This document shows positions 44,520 through 54,364 of a stretch of 54,417 nt of DNA, in pieces. This stretch comes from Solirubrobacteraceae bacterium. GTDB taxonomy: Bacteria > Actinomycetota > Thermoleophilia > Solirubrobacterales > Solirubrobacteraceae. Location: assembly GCA_035563115.1 (NCBI GenBank), contig DATMVO010000425.1:1-54417 (forward strand). The letters are read 5' to 3'. Position 1 is the first letter of the stretch; every line of letters begins with the position of its first letter. The position numbers and the translations under genes were made by a program. The notes below the pieces were generated by a model. The model saw only the letters and a program-made list of their open reading frames with translations. It was not told the origin of the DNA and ran no database searches.

Positions 44520-46148
44520 TCAAGCGGCGGCGTCGGAACGCCGGCGAAGCCTCCGCATCTCCCACCACGGACGCCGCTCGACCACTGCCGGAGCGTGAGC
44601 GCCGGAGACGACCAGCACGCGTGTTCCACCCAACTGCTGTAGGGCGCCGGGCTCAGTTCGAGAGTCCGTGCCGCGGTCCGATCGCGCGCTGTCGACCAGA
44701 CCGTCTACGAAGCGTCGCGTCTCCTCGTCACTGATCGGACCCATCAGCAGCTTCGTCGTCGAGTTGGCGAGGACGGTGTCCCCGGCGCGCCCGAACCGCT
44801 CCTGCAACTGCGCGAGCGACTGCCAGACGGTCGCGATCCGGATGCCGAAGCCAGCCGACTGCGAGAGGATGCTCGGGAGGTCGCGCAGAGGAGCGATGTT
44901 CGCGGCTTCATCCATGAGCACACGGAGGGTCGGGTCGAGAGGCCCGACCCTCGTTGCTCGCTCCCGCGCTCCCTCGATCGCTGAGGACATCAGCGCGACG
45001 ATCAACGGGGTGAGAAGCCGCTGATCGCGGTCGCCCGCGACGACGTAGAGCGTCTGCGGGGTGCCGTCGAAGAACAGCTCGGGCGTGAAGCCGGAGCCAG
45101 CGTGCTCGATGACCTCCGGGAAGCGGTACGCCGCGAGCACCGAGCCAGCCGACATGAACGTCGTGCCGCGGTTCCGTGGGTCGAGCTCGAGCACCGCCTT
45201 GAGCTGCAGCAACGCCGCCTCCGCGCCCGCGGCCTTGAGGATGCGCACCGGCTGGTGCTCCTCCTGCTTGTCCAGCCATCGGAGCACCACGTCGACGCGC
45301 TCGCTCTCCAACGCGGCTGCGTGCAGGAGTGGAGCGAGGAGCTTGGCCGCCTCGCCCCGCCAGTAGCCAGCAATCTCCGAGTCACCCTGCTGCGTGGCGT
45401 CGGCGAGCCACTGCGCCTGCCGGAGCGCCGTCGACCAGTCGTCGCAGTCCTCGAGCGGGTTCCAGTCGCATGAGTCGCCCGCGAAGGGGTCGTAGATCCA
45501 GATCCGGCCGAGGCGCTCACGGTGGGCGCGCGTGACGTCCAGGACGTCCCGCTTCGTGCTGGTGACGATCGCCGGACCGTCGTGCTCGAGCAGCCACGGG
45601 ATGATGTACCGCGTCGTCTTGCCGGCGCGCGTCGGGGCGATGAGCGCGACGTGGGCCTCTGGGTCGGACGTCAGCGTCTGGCCGTCCAGCTTCCCGAGCG
45701 AGAAGCCGGTGCCCGTCTTGGTCAGCTCGCGCATGTCGCGTGGGCGCGCCCACGTGCGCGGACGTGAGCCGCGCCATTCGTACGACCGGCGCCCGAGCCG
45801 CGCGCGGGCGATCTCCGGCTCCACCCGGCGAAAGACGACGATGGCGAGCACGACGAGGACCGCGAACATGCCTCCAGCGATGAGCCACCAGGCCGCCGCT
45901 TCAGGCATCTGCTCCCGTGCGGTGCGCGGGTAGGCGGACGCTGGGTCGCTCCACCGGCTCTCGCTGATGATCCTCAGCGTCCCGATCGCCGCCCGGGCGG
46001 CGGAGCAGTCCAACGTCTGACGTGCGGCGACGGCCACAACCGCGAGGGGGACGAGCCACCCGACGAACCCGAGCGCCAGCGCCACGCCGAGGGCAGGAAG
46101 CGGGCTGAGCTTCTCGCTGTCGGCCTTCGTCTTCGCGCGATCGGTCAT
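44520..46148 (-). CDS. Type IV coupling protein (VirD4/TraG/TraD-like)
   Basis: From ATG 46148 there are two N-terminal TM segments, Walker A IAPTRAGKTTRYIIP, and LMDEAANIAPL (Walker B / TraM-recognition region). The ATG overlaps the upstream stop (ATGA, 46145-46148). Confidence 0.8.
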   Translation of the reverse strand: MTDRAKTKADSEKLSPLPALGVALALGFVGWLVPLAVVAVAARQTLDCSAARAAIGTLRIISESRWSDPASAYPRTAREQMPEAAAWWLIAGGMFAVLVVLAIVVFRRVEPEIARARLGRRSYEWRGSRPRTWARPRDMRELTKTGTGFSLGKLDGQTLTSDPEAHVALIAPTRAGKTTRYIIPWLLEHDGPAIVTSTKRDVLDVTRAHRERLGRIWIYDPFAGDSCDWNPLEDCDDWSTALRQAQWLADATQQGDSEIAGYWRGEAAKLLAPLLHAAALESERVDVVLRWLDKQEEHQPVRILKAAGAEAALLQLKAVLELDPRNRGTTFMSAGSVLAAYRFPEVIEHAGSGFTPELFFDGTPQTLYVVAGDRDQRLLTPLIVALMSSAIEGARERATRVGPLDPTLRVLMDEAANIAPLRDLPSILSQSAGFGIRIATVWQSLAQLQERFGRAGDTVLANSTTKLLMGPISDEETRRFVDGLVDSARSDRGTDSRTEPGALQQLGGTRVLVVSGAHAPAVVERRPWWEMRRLRRRSDAAA

Positions 46149-47188
46149 CGCGCTCCTAACGTCAGGACCCACGCGGCCGGCGGACGAGGCGCGGGCGCGT
46201 GATCCCACGAGAGGTGAAGGTGATGGCCGCGCCCGTGGCCTTCGTCGCCGTCGTAGCCCACCCAGCGGAAGGGCCGGCGGGGCTGGTCCGGCGCCGGCTC
46301 GGCCCACGCCGCGAGCCGGTCGATGTCCTCCCACGACCCTGCGGGGCCAGGGACGATGTCGAGGCCCAGCCCGAGCGGGTGCTCACCGGCCGCCGCGTGT
46401 CCGGAGGTGGCGTAGCCGTCCGTGATCGTGAACTTGAAGCGGCGCTGCAGCGCGAGAACGTCGGGAAGGATCCGACTGTCGATCGACTCGCCGGGCGAGC
46501 CGGGGATCGACACGATCTCGCCCCCGCCCGTCACGCGATGCACGCCGCCGCCGAGCGAGGGCGCATCGATCGCGCCAGCGCACCCAACTAGACCGCCGGC
46601 CGCCTCCGCCGGCGCGTCCAACCGCATCGTCCGCGCGACCCGCAGGACCTTCTCGACGTACCACCCAGCGCGGTTGTAGGCGAACAGCGCCTTCCGCCAC
46701 TCGCGCGGCGCCCCGCTCGCACGCAGGTAGTTCGCCGCGCTGTGGATCGCGTCCGCCGCGTTGAACGGATCGCGTCGCCCGTCGCCATCCGCGTCGACCC
46801 CGTACGCCTTCCAGGTCTTGGGCATGAACTGCGTCCACCCGATCGCGCCCGCACTCGACGGCCCCATGTTCTGACCGAAGTTCGACTCGACCTTCGTCAG
46901 CCCGGCCAGGATCGCCGGCCCCTCGCCGCCGAGCTCGTACTTCGCCGCCGCCTCGGTGAAGAGCGAGACGAGCTCCTTCGGCGCTGTGCGCTCCGCCAGC
47001 CGCCCGACGGGGAGCGCCGCCTCGCACGCCGTCCGCGCGCTCGCGCCCCCGGCCGCCGCCCACCAGGCAGCCAGCATCACGAGAACCAGCATCGCTGCGG
47101 CAAGGCCGATCGCGGCGGCGATCGAGCCCTTCACAAGCAATCCGGCTCGGGCCAGTCCAGCGAGGGCGATCGCGAACCGACCGTTCAT
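46145..47188 (-). CDS. Bifunctional cell-wall hydrolase: lytic transglycosylase (SLT) + LAS/VanY-like metallopeptidase
   Basis: An N-terminal TM is followed by the SLT motifs LTKVESNFGQN...GAIGWTQFMPKTW...AANYL...AYN. The C-terminal SGHAAAGEHPLGLGLDI...GHGRGHHLHLSW has an H..D / HxH zinc-peptidase layout. Confidence 0.7.
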   Translation of the reverse strand: MNGRFAIALAGLARAGLLVKGSIAAAIGLAAAMLVLVMLAAWWAAAGGASARTACEAALPVGRLAERTAPKELVSLFTEAAAKYELGGEGPAILAGLTKVESNFGQNMGPSSAGAIGWTQFMPKTWKAYGVDADGDGRRDPFNAADAIHSAANYLRASGAPREWRKALFAYNRAGWYVEKVLRVARTMRLDAPAEAAGGLVGCAGAIDAPSLGGGVHRVTGGGEIVSIPGSPGESIDSRILPDVLALQRRFKFTITDGYATSGHAAAGEHPLGLGLDIVPGPAGSWEDIDRLAAWAEPAPDQPRRPFRWVGYDGDEGHGRGHHLHLSWDHAPAPRPPAAWVLTLGAR

Positions 47189-47283
47189 CTGTGCGTGCCG
47201 CTAACGCAAACCATCACCTCCCTGGTCGCCTGGAGCGGCAAGACACCCCCGTGTCCGTCCGCCCGTCAACTTACGTTCCCTAT

Positions 47284-47754
47284 ATGGCACGTCCGCGCCG
47301 GAATGCCCCTTGCCATTGCGGCAGTGGCACCAAGTACAAGAGATGCTGTGCGACGTACGACGAGTACGCGGAGCGGGCGGGCGCCCTTCCTGCGCCTCCT
47401 CTGGATGAGCTGAAGTCCTTGCTTGGCGATCGGCCCGAGCTTTGTCGAGGCCACGACGCCGAGCGTCTGGCGCGGGTGACCCTCGTTGTCTTCGCGCTGG
47501 TCTACTACCACCGAGCTCGCGACCGACGCGCCGGTCTTCCCAACGGAACCCCCATCGCCTTCGACGATCGCGAGTGGGCGCGCGCAACGGACATCTCGGA
47601 GGAGCACCTTGAGAGTGCCTTTTTCGTCCTTGATTCCTGGGCACCAGATCCACGCAACCTTCCCTTCAGCGATGTCCGGGACCGGGAGGTCAGCGACGTC
47701 ACCGACGCGCTGCGTGATCTCGCCGGTTCGAGCAAGCACCGGTGTCCGGGGTGA
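47284..47754 (+). CDS. SEC-C motif protein (second one in the window)
   Basis: MARPRRNAPCHCGSGTKYKRCC at the N-terminus is the SEC-C zinc motif. It is on the opposite strand to the surrounding transfer genes. Confidence 0.5.
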   Translation: MARPRRNAPCHCGSGTKYKRCCATYDEYAERAGALPAPPLDELKSLLGDRPELCRGHDAERLARVTLVVFALVYYHRARDRRAGLPNGTPIAFDDREWARATDISEEHLESAFFVLDSWAPDPRNLPFSDVRDREVSDVTDALRDLAGSSKHRCPG

Positions 47755-47964
47755 AGCGGCTGGCGCTCGACGCCGTGTTCCACGAGCTTGATGCTGCCGA
47801 GGCAGTTGACAGACGCGTTCTTACGGCGCTCGGTCTGCCGGTGGATCTGGCCGAGAGTCACCAGCTCGACGCAGTTCGCATCCAGTTCGACCCCGAGTTC
47901 GCCGCGGCGATGCGGTCGAGCTCGAAGCCGGCTGACTTCTGACCGGAGTCAACCCTTCATGCCT

Positions 47965-50256
47965 TTACCGACGTCGGTACACGCCCGCTCGGGTGCGACT
48001 GTGGCGCCGATCCTGCCGCAGCCGCTCGCGCTCCTCCGTGGTCCGCGCACGGACCTCCTCGTTGGGGAACCAGCGCGCCGCGCGGTCGGCCTGCGGACGA
48101 TGCGTCCGCTCGACCGTTAGGTCTTCCGCGGCCAACAGGTCACGCTCGCGCGTCAGGTGCTCGGTGACTACCGCGCGCAGCTCGTCGCGGCGTTCGGCTG
48201 GCGCAGCGTGGTACTCGTCAGGGTCGACGCCGGCGGCGCGGAGGTTGCGGTCGTGGTCGACGGGGAGGTCGTGGTCGCGACGACGGGCGGCGCGGTAGTT
48301 GGCGACGTCGCGGTCTGAGACGTCGGTACCGCCGGACGCGCGGTTGCGAGCGCCGTGGCGCGCGGTCTCCTCGGCGTGCTGGAGCTCGGGGTCGTCGAGT
48401 GCCGCGCGCAGACGATCCCGGTAGCCGAGCAACGCCTCCTGCTCGGCGGTCGGAACGGGTCGCTCCTGTCCTTGCGCGCGGGCGACAGCGGAGTTCTCGT
48501 CGTAGCCCTGCAGGCGACGGTCGGTCGCGCGCAGCTCCCGGCGCAGCGCGTCCCGACGTTGAACGCCTCCGCGGGCGGCGGCGTGCTCCGCCCCAAGCGT
48601 CCGGCGAGCGTCGGCGTCGAGGTGCTCGGACGCGAGTGCTGCGGTCGCGGCGGTGCGTGCGGTGCGGGTGTCGGCGCGGTGCTGACGGGCGGCGCCGACC
48701 GCCTGTGCTGGCCGTTCGAGCGCGGCGCCGGTCGCTGCCTTGGCGGCGCGACCGAGCTGCCAGGCGTAGTAGCCCTGCGACAGCGCCTTGCCGGCTCCCC
48801 CTCCTTCGGTCCGGGGGAGCCCCAGCGACGCCAGGCCGATCAGCTCGTCGCGCTTGACGAACGTTCCCCACCAGAACGCGGTCTGGATCAGCCAGGTTCC
48901 GAACCAGCCGAGGTCGAGCTTCGACACCGTCGCCGTCGCGGCGACAACCGCGGTCAGGAAGACGGCGTAGATGAGCTTGGCCGCGATCGCGCCGGCCAGC
49001 TGCTTCCCCCACGCCAGGAAGACCGCGCGCCCCTGGTCACCGAAAGCGGGCGCGAGGAGGACCGCAGGGGCGAACAGGAGCAGCAGGAGCGTCTTGACCG
49101 ACGCGAAGAGCAGGTGCATCGCCGTGTAGCCGTAGAGCGCCCCCGCCCCGGACAGCCCGGCCGCGATGACGGCGAGCAGCGCGAAGCGCGGGAAGGTGCC
49201 GCCGGCTTCCTGCATGCGGACGCGCTCGGGCGCCTCGGCGACGAGCCGCTGAACGTCCTCGTCGAGCTTGGGGTCGGTCCCGCCCGTCAGCCCGAGGGCA
49301 CTCGGGACTGGGAGGGTGAGGGCGTCGATCACGCTCGGGCCACCCTTGGGGTCCTGACCCTTGGTGAGCTTGAGCAGCTCCGCGCGCTCGCGCGACTGCG
49401 CTGGGTAGCGGAGCCACAGGTCGGCGTTCGTGATCTGCTCGCCGCGCTTGGTCGGCGCGTCGCAGTAGTCGACCGAGCCGAACTCCAGCGCACACCACGG
49501 GTCCCGCACCGTCTGGTGGAACACGCCCCCGAGCGCGGAGGCCAACGCCGCGCGCGAGCTGCCGGGATCGCCGGTCGTCCCCGCTGCCAGGACGGACGTC
49601 CCGGCGTCGTTCGCCAGGCGGGAGAAGTGGCCGACCGTCGCAGCCGGCTGCGAGATGATGAGCAGCCCGACGACCATCAGACCGACCGTGGCGGCGAGCC
49701 CAGAGATCGTCTCGCCGGTGCGCCGCTGAACGAGCCCGCGCCAGATGCCCCACAGCCCGGCCACGGAGAGGGCCGCGAGCATCCACGGGGCGCCGAACGC
49801 GTCGCGGTGCAGGCGCTGCATCGTCTGCTGCGCGTCGGGCATCGCCTTGCCCGTGAGGTCGAGCGCGAACGTCCACTCGAGCAGCAGCAGCACACCCTTG
49901 AGCAGGAAGACGATGCCCATCCACACGCCGGCGGCCAGCGACTGCAAGCCGCCGAGGAAGCTCTGGCCCGGATCGGTCAGCGAGAAGTCGACGCGGACGT
50001 CGAAGCCGTAGGAGCTGAGCGGGTACTCGTGGACCGCCGACCCTGACCGGCGGCAGCTCTCGCGCTGCGCGGTCGGCAGCGCCTCGCGGCAAGAGGGTGA
50101 GCCGGCGCCGAGGTCGCGTGTGGGATCGACGTACGCCGAGCCGCTGTCGGCCGCGCCCGCGGGCGCCGCGAGCAGCAACGCCAACGCGAGCGCGGCGGCC
50201 GCGACCGCGCGACGGCGGACATCACGGCGAGGTGAACAGCGGCGTGCGATCCGCAC
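47965..50256 (-). CDS. Polytopic conjugation membrane protein (TrbL/VirB6/TcpH-like) with a long charged C-terminal tail
   Basis: It has a signal-like N-terminus (AAAALALALLLAAPAGA), at least 6 hydrophobic spans, then about 300 aa of Arg/Asp/Ala-rich sequence. It sits immediately downstream of the VirB4-like gene. Confidence 0.55.
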   Translation of the reverse strand: MRIARRCSPRRDVRRRAVAAAALALALLLAAPAGAADSGSAYVDPTRDLGAGSPSCREALPTAQRESCRRSGSAVHEYPLSSYGFDVRVDFSLTDPGQSFLGGLQSLAAGVWMGIVFLLKGVLLLLEWTFALDLTGKAMPDAQQTMQRLHRDAFGAPWMLAALSVAGLWGIWRGLVQRRTGETISGLAATVGLMVVGLLIISQPAATVGHFSRLANDAGTSVLAAGTTGDPGSSRAALASALGGVFHQTVRDPWCALEFGSVDYCDAPTKRGEQITNADLWLRYPAQSRERAELLKLTKGQDPKGGPSVIDALTLPVPSALGLTGGTDPKLDEDVQRLVAEAPERVRMQEAGGTFPRFALLAVIAAGLSGAGALYGYTAMHLLFASVKTLLLLLFAPAVLLAPAFGDQGRAVFLAWGKQLAGAIAAKLIYAVFLTAVVAATATVSKLDLGWFGTWLIQTAFWWGTFVKRDELIGLASLGLPRTEGGGAGKALSQGYYAWQLGRAAKAATGAALERPAQAVGAARQHRADTRTARTAATAALASEHLDADARRTLGAEHAAARGGVQRRDALRRELRATDRRLQGYDENSAVARAQGQERPVPTAEQEALLGYRDRLRAALDDPELQHAEETARHGARNRASGGTDVSDRDVANYRAARRRDHDLPVDHDRNLRAAGVDPDEYHAAPAERRDELRAVVTEHLTRERDLLAAEDLTVERTHRPQADRAARWFPNEEVRARTTEERERLRQDRRHSRTRAGVYRRR

Positions 50257-52666
50257 GGCTCGGAGGGGTCGTGTCGAGCCCGGCGAGCAGCGCCGGGTCG
50301 GCCGGATCGACCTGAACCGGTGCGATCCGACCTTCGTAGTCGCGCATGAAGCACCGCCCGCGTCGGAACCCGCACAGCTGCCGGCGGCGGGCAGGGTCGT
50401 CGGCGTTGAGGCCGACGACGCGCAGCAGCGACTCCGCCTCCTCCTCGGTTTCCACCCCGAACGCGAGGACGCAGCCGACGAACGCGGCGAGCTTGCCGAT
50501 CTCGGCGCCGATCTGCGTCAGGAGCAGCGGCAGCGTGTTCAGGCTGCGCGCGATACGCGCGACGCGCCCGAGCAGCGCGATGCCCGCCGAGTCGCCGGTC
50601 AACGTCCAGACCTCGTCGAAGAGCAGGACCTTGTGCCGCTCCAGGTCGGCGTGCATGAGGTGCAGCGCCCACGCTCCGAGGAGGCGCAGAAGTGCGCGGC
50701 CGGTCCGCTCCTCGGCGGTGTGCTCGGTCCGCGGGGTGCCCGGCTCGGGCAGCGTGAGGTTCTGGACGCGCACGATCGTCACCGGGCGACCGCTGACCTC
50801 CGGCAGCGGCGCATCCGTGTCGGCGAATCCGAGGCGGAGCAGACCCGTGTCGGCGTGCACGCGGATCGCGCGCGCCGCAGCGCGCGCCTCGTCGTCGCCG
50901 CCATCCAGCCGCTCGACGACGCCCAAGCAACTGCGTCCGCCGGCGTCGACCTCCTCGGCGACCGCGGCCCGGATCTCGGTCTGCCACTGAGGCGGCACCG
51001 GAGCGGGCAGCAGCTCGACCAGGAACGAGTAGGCCAGCTCGACGCGCAGGTCCTCGGGGGCGATCCGCAGCGGGTCCAGCGCGCCGCGGTGCTCAGCCCC
51101 GGCGCCGAACTCGACGACGTCGACGTTCTCCGCGCCGACGACCTGGTCGAGGCGGTGGTCGCCCTTCGGGTCGATGTCGATGACCTTCGACCCGGCCAGG
51201 AACGCGTGGTAGGCGACCAGCTGCGCCGCGACCGACTTGCCACCGCCCGACGTCCCGGCGAACAGCACCGAAGGCGGCCGCGACGTCCGGGACGCTTCGG
51301 TCGCATCGAAGAGCACCGGCTGGCGCGAGCCCGAAAGCGTGTACCCGACGTACGTACCGGCCGCCGAGCCGACGGCGTGCGTGGCCGTCGGGACCATCGC
51401 GCCGAACTGCTCCGGCAGGAGCACGTCGTCGTACCGTGCGACCGGCGACAGCTGAGCCGGCAGGTGCGACATGAACAGGCGGAGCTGCTCGCCGAGTGGC
51501 CGTTGAAGGGTGATCGGCGCGTACTCCCGTCGCAACCGCTGCACCCGCGCTTCGAGCTCCTCGCGCGAGTCGGCGCCGACCGCCAGGCCGATCTGGCCGC
51601 GCAGCAGCGGCGGGCGGTCCGACGACGTCAGGTACTCCTCCAGCTCGCGCGCGACACCCGGCCGCGCGGCGGCGGTCGCGGTCGGGCCGTGCTCGCCGTG
51701 GCTCTCCTCGGTGTACGCGTGGTCGGCATCGACGACACGCCGGCGCGTGAGCGCGAGCGCGCGGTCGTTCGGGATCCACCGTGCACCGAAGCACGCGTCG
51801 ACCGGGAACGGCAGCGCCTCCAGCGGCGCGAAGAGCAGCTCGGCCTGTCGGCCCGGGAACGGCGTCGCCTCGGGCAGCGCACCGACGGTGAGGAGAGCCT
51901 GGTGGACGTCGGCGTTCTCGCCACGGATCGTCAGCGCGCGGTCGTCCTGCTCGATCGGCGTGTCGTAGAGCCGCAGCACGTCCGCCTCCAGCGGCCGGAA
52001 CCTCCGCCCGCCGTCCTCATCCTCCGCGTCGAGCACCAGTGCTTGCGGCCGCCAGAACACATCCAGCCACGGCTCGCCAACGCCGCGCGAGAACGCGCGG
52101 CGCACAAGCCATTGGAACTCGCGCGACGCAGCGCGTTCGACGTCTAGGTAGTCCGCGACGCGATCGAACAGCCGCGCCTCGAGGTCGAGCAGCTCGTCCA
52201 GCCGCCGCTGGCTGAGGCCGCGTGCGTCGCCGCGACCAAGCGCCCGGTCGACGAAGCCGACGAGCCCCTCACGCGCGGCGGCAATCGTCGCTCCGAGGCC
52301 GTCGTCGAGCTGCGCGAGCCGCACGGAGACGAAGAGCTCGGGGCGAGCAGGAACGTCGTCCTCCAAGACGGCGACGTGCGTGTCGAGCAGGTCGTCGAAG
52401 CGCTCGGCGTGAGCGTACTCCGGGTCCAGGCCCGCGCGGGCGGCCGCGAGGTAGTCGGGCGTCGACCACGCGCGGGTGACGCGCAGAAGCTGGAAGTCGC
52501 GCTCGAGCGCGCTCGCGAACCCGGCCAGCTCGCCGAGCACCTGGAGCTTCTCCGGCGTCGCCAGCCCTGGATAAGAGCGGGTGTGCACGCGGAACAGCGC
52601 CCAGGCGTCCGCAACGTTCGCGCCGAACACGACATTGCGCCACGCGAACGTCAGCGGCGCCCTCAC
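50222..52666 (-). CDS. VirB4/TcpF-like conjugation ATPase
   Basis: The GTG at 52666 overlaps the upstream stop (GTGA). Walker A is LFAGTSGGGKSVAAQLV and Walker B-like sequence is VLLFDEVW. The protein is 814 aa. The Arg-rich N-terminal extension of the longer ORF was rejected. Confidence 0.8.
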   Translation of the reverse strand: MRAPLTFAWRNVVFGANVADAWALFRVHTRSYPGLATPEKLQVLGELAGFASALERDFQLLRVTRAWSTPDYLAAARAGLDPEYAHAERFDDLLDTHVAVLEDDVPARPELFVSVRLAQLDDGLGATIAAAREGLVGFVDRALGRGDARGLSQRRLDELLDLEARLFDRVADYLDVERAASREFQWLVRRAFSRGVGEPWLDVFWRPQALVLDAEDEDGGRRFRPLEADVLRLYDTPIEQDDRALTIRGENADVHQALLTVGALPEATPFPGRQAELLFAPLEALPFPVDACFGARWIPNDRALALTRRRVVDADHAYTEESHGEHGPTATAAARPGVARELEEYLTSSDRPPLLRGQIGLAVGADSREELEARVQRLRREYAPITLQRPLGEQLRLFMSHLPAQLSPVARYDDVLLPEQFGAMVPTATHAVGSAAGTYVGYTLSGSRQPVLFDATEASRTSRPPSVLFAGTSGGGKSVAAQLVAYHAFLAGSKVIDIDPKGDHRLDQVVGAENVDVVEFGAGAEHRGALDPLRIAPEDLRVELAYSFLVELLPAPVPPQWQTEIRAAVAEEVDAGGRSCLGVVERLDGGDDEARAAARAIRVHADTGLLRLGFADTDAPLPEVSGRPVTIVRVQNLTLPEPGTPRTEHTAEERTGRALLRLLGAWALHLMHADLERHKVLLFDEVWTLTGDSAGIALLGRVARIARSLNTLPLLLTQIGAEIGKLAAFVGCVLAFGVETEEEAESLLRVVGLNADDPARRRQLCGFRRGRCFMRDYEGRIAPVQVDPADPALLAGLDTTPPSRADRTPLFTSP

Positions 52667-53238
52667 GCGACGACCACCCGCTGCCCCGGCTTGAGCAGCA
52701 CGCGCTTCGCCCGGAACGCCGTGCCGTCCGACGGGCGTACGAGGAGACGCCGCCCGCGTGGATCGAGCTCGGCCGGTCGGCGCAGCACGACGGGACCGGC
52801 ACCCTCGATCGCACCGCGCCGGTACTCGACGTGGCGCTCGTCGGGCACGACGAGCACCTCGTTCATCCGTTCTCGCACACGCGCGCGCGTGGAGGCGAAC
52901 GCGATCGATCGCCGTGGCTGGACGCGCAGCCGCATCCACACGACCAGGACGTCGTGTGCCGGCCGCCCGTCGACCTGCACCTGCGTGAGCAGCTGCGCGG
53001 CGCCGATCGGCAGAACGCCGTACCGGATCGGCCACGGCACCTCGTCGAGCAGCAAGCCCAGGACTGGGAGCCGACCCAGGACCAGCACAACCGCCAGTGC
53101 GGCGACCGCGTAAGCGAGCGCTCGCAGCGGCACTCCGTACGGCACCGGGATGCGCCACCGGTCGATCTTGTGGATCCGCCTCTCCAGCTCGAACGCGAGC
53201 CGGAACGATCGGATCGTGACGGTCCCGTCGTCGCTCAC
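52663..53238 (-). CDS. TcpE/VirB3-like small conjugation membrane protein
   Basis: TIRSFRLAFELERRIHKIDRWRIPVPYGVPLRALAYAVAALAVVLVLGRLPVLG has two TM spans. It lies directly upstream of the VirB4-like gene, as TcpE/VirB3 genes do. Confidence 0.45.
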   Translation of the reverse strand: MSDDGTVTIRSFRLAFELERRIHKIDRWRIPVPYGVPLRALAYAVAALAVVLVLGRLPVLGLLLDEVPWPIRYGVLPIGAAQLLTQVQVDGRPAHDVLVVWMRLRVQPRRSIAFASTRARVRERMNEVLVVPDERHVEYRRGAIEGAGPVVLRRPAELDPRGRRLLVRPSDGTAFRAKRVLLKPGQRVVVA

Positions 53239-53540
53239 GCGACCGAGCTCCAGAGGTCGTCGATGACCGACTTCACCGACTCCGGCGCGAAGATGAAGCC
53301 GCCGAGGATGAGCACCAGCAGCGCGACGACGAGGCCGCCGTTGACGTCGCGCCGGCTCAGGACCGGGATCGCCACCAGCGCCGCGACGCCGAGGAACAGC
53401 CCGGTCGCGAGCGCCTCCACCTCGCTCCCGACCTTCTCGCCGAGGTTGCTCGTCTGCGCGAGCACCGGGTCGGCGCAGATGAGCGTCAGGGCCGCAGCGA
53501 GCAACGCGACCGCCCCTCGCAGGATGTGGATCTTGATCAT
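53235..53540 (-). CDS. Small secreted/membrane protein (pilin- or TrbC/VirB2-like candidate)
   Basis: From ATG 53540 the signal is MIKIHILRGAVALLAAALTLICADPVLA, followed by two hydrophobic helices. The gene has 4-nt overlaps with both neighbours. Confidence 0.4.
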   Translation of the reverse strand: MIKIHILRGAVALLAAALTLICADPVLAQTSNLGEKVGSEVEALATGLFLGVAALVAIPVLSRRDVNGGLVVALLVLILGGFIFAPESVKSVIDDLWSSVA

Positions 53541-54364
53541 CGACTGCCTCCGTTCGCGACGGGGTTGGTGTGCACGGTTCGAACGAGCCACCGGCCGCCC
53601 CGCCGGACGACGACCAGCTCGTAACGGAGCGCCAGCCGCAGGCCGCCGCGTCCGCGCGCGGTCACCGCGACGGCGACGCGTCGGCCGCTCCACGTCACGC
53701 CGTCCAGGGACGCGACGCGCAGGCGCAGGTCGGGGAGGGAGACGACGGCGCCGGGCGCCAGATCGGCCGCCAGGTCGTCGCGCTCGCGGGCGAGGTAGTT
53801 CTTTACGACACGGCCGGCGACGGCACGCAGCGCTTCGTCGTCGACCTCACGCTCAACGGTCGGGCGCGCGTCCCGATTCACGATCGGCCCGCCGACGAGC
53901 GCAGGCGCTGCGCCGACTTGCAGGGCACCCGCAGCGCTCCGGTCGACTGCTATCGCGAGGTGGAGCAGCCCAACGGAGGTGTCTGCGACAACGGTCACGA
54001 CGACGCGGCGGGGCGAGACTCGCGACCAGTCGACGACCGCGGTCCACCGCACACGCATCGCCCGTCGTGACGGCTGCTCGAGCGCACCGAAACCTGTAGG
54101 CGCGAACGCGGCGACCGCGGTCGACCACCGCTCAGCTCGGGAGGGATCGACCGTCAGGTACGCCCGCGCGAAGGACTCGGCGAACGTGGCTGCGGATCCC
54201 GTGCTCTCCGCTGCAAGCGTCGTCGGCGCCGGTGGCGGGACCGGCGTCGCGATGAGGCCCTTGAGGCCGCTGAGCGAAAGCACGGCCAGCGCGGTCACCG
54301 CGACGACGCGCGGAGCTCGAGCCGCCGCTCGCACCCGGACCAGCGAGCGCAGTTCGTAGCTCAT
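53537..54364 (-). CDS. TcpC-like conjugal transfer protein
   Basis: An N-terminal TM (VVAVTALAVLSLSGL) is followed by two similar roughly 100-aa modules: FAESFARAYLT...WTAVVDWSRV...VVVTVVAD and VAGRVVKNYLA...VAVAVTARG...RWLV. This matches the twin NTF2-like TcpC layout. Confidence 0.45.
   Translation of the reverse strand: MSYELRSLVRVRAAARAPRVVAVTALAVLSLSGLKGLIATPVPPPAPTTLAAESTGSAATFAESFARAYLTVDPSRAERWSTAVAAFAPTGFGALEQPSRRAMRVRWTAVVDWSRVSPRRVVVTVVADTSVGLLHLAIAVDRSAAGALQVGAAPALVGGPIVNRDARPTVEREVDDEALRAVAGRVVKNYLARERDDLAADLAPGAVVSLPDLRLRVASLDGVTWSGRRVAVAVTARGRGGLRLALRYELVVVRRGGRWLVRTVHTNPVANGGSR

Noticed and set aside
47742-47942. 66-aa plus-strand ORF after the second SEC-C gene
   Set aside because: It is short, has no motif, and overlaps the preceding gene. 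It may be real, but the sequence alone cannot support it.
48355-52147. Two long plus-strand ORFs (48355..50046 and 50120..52147)
   Set aside because: They are antisense to the TrbL-like and VirB4-like genes. Their translations are Arg/Pro/Glu-rich without motifs.
52667-53158. N-terminal extension of the VirB4-like ORF
   Set aside because: It is an extremely Arg/Ala-rich translation overlapping the TcpE-like gene. The GTG at 52666 gives GTGA coupling.
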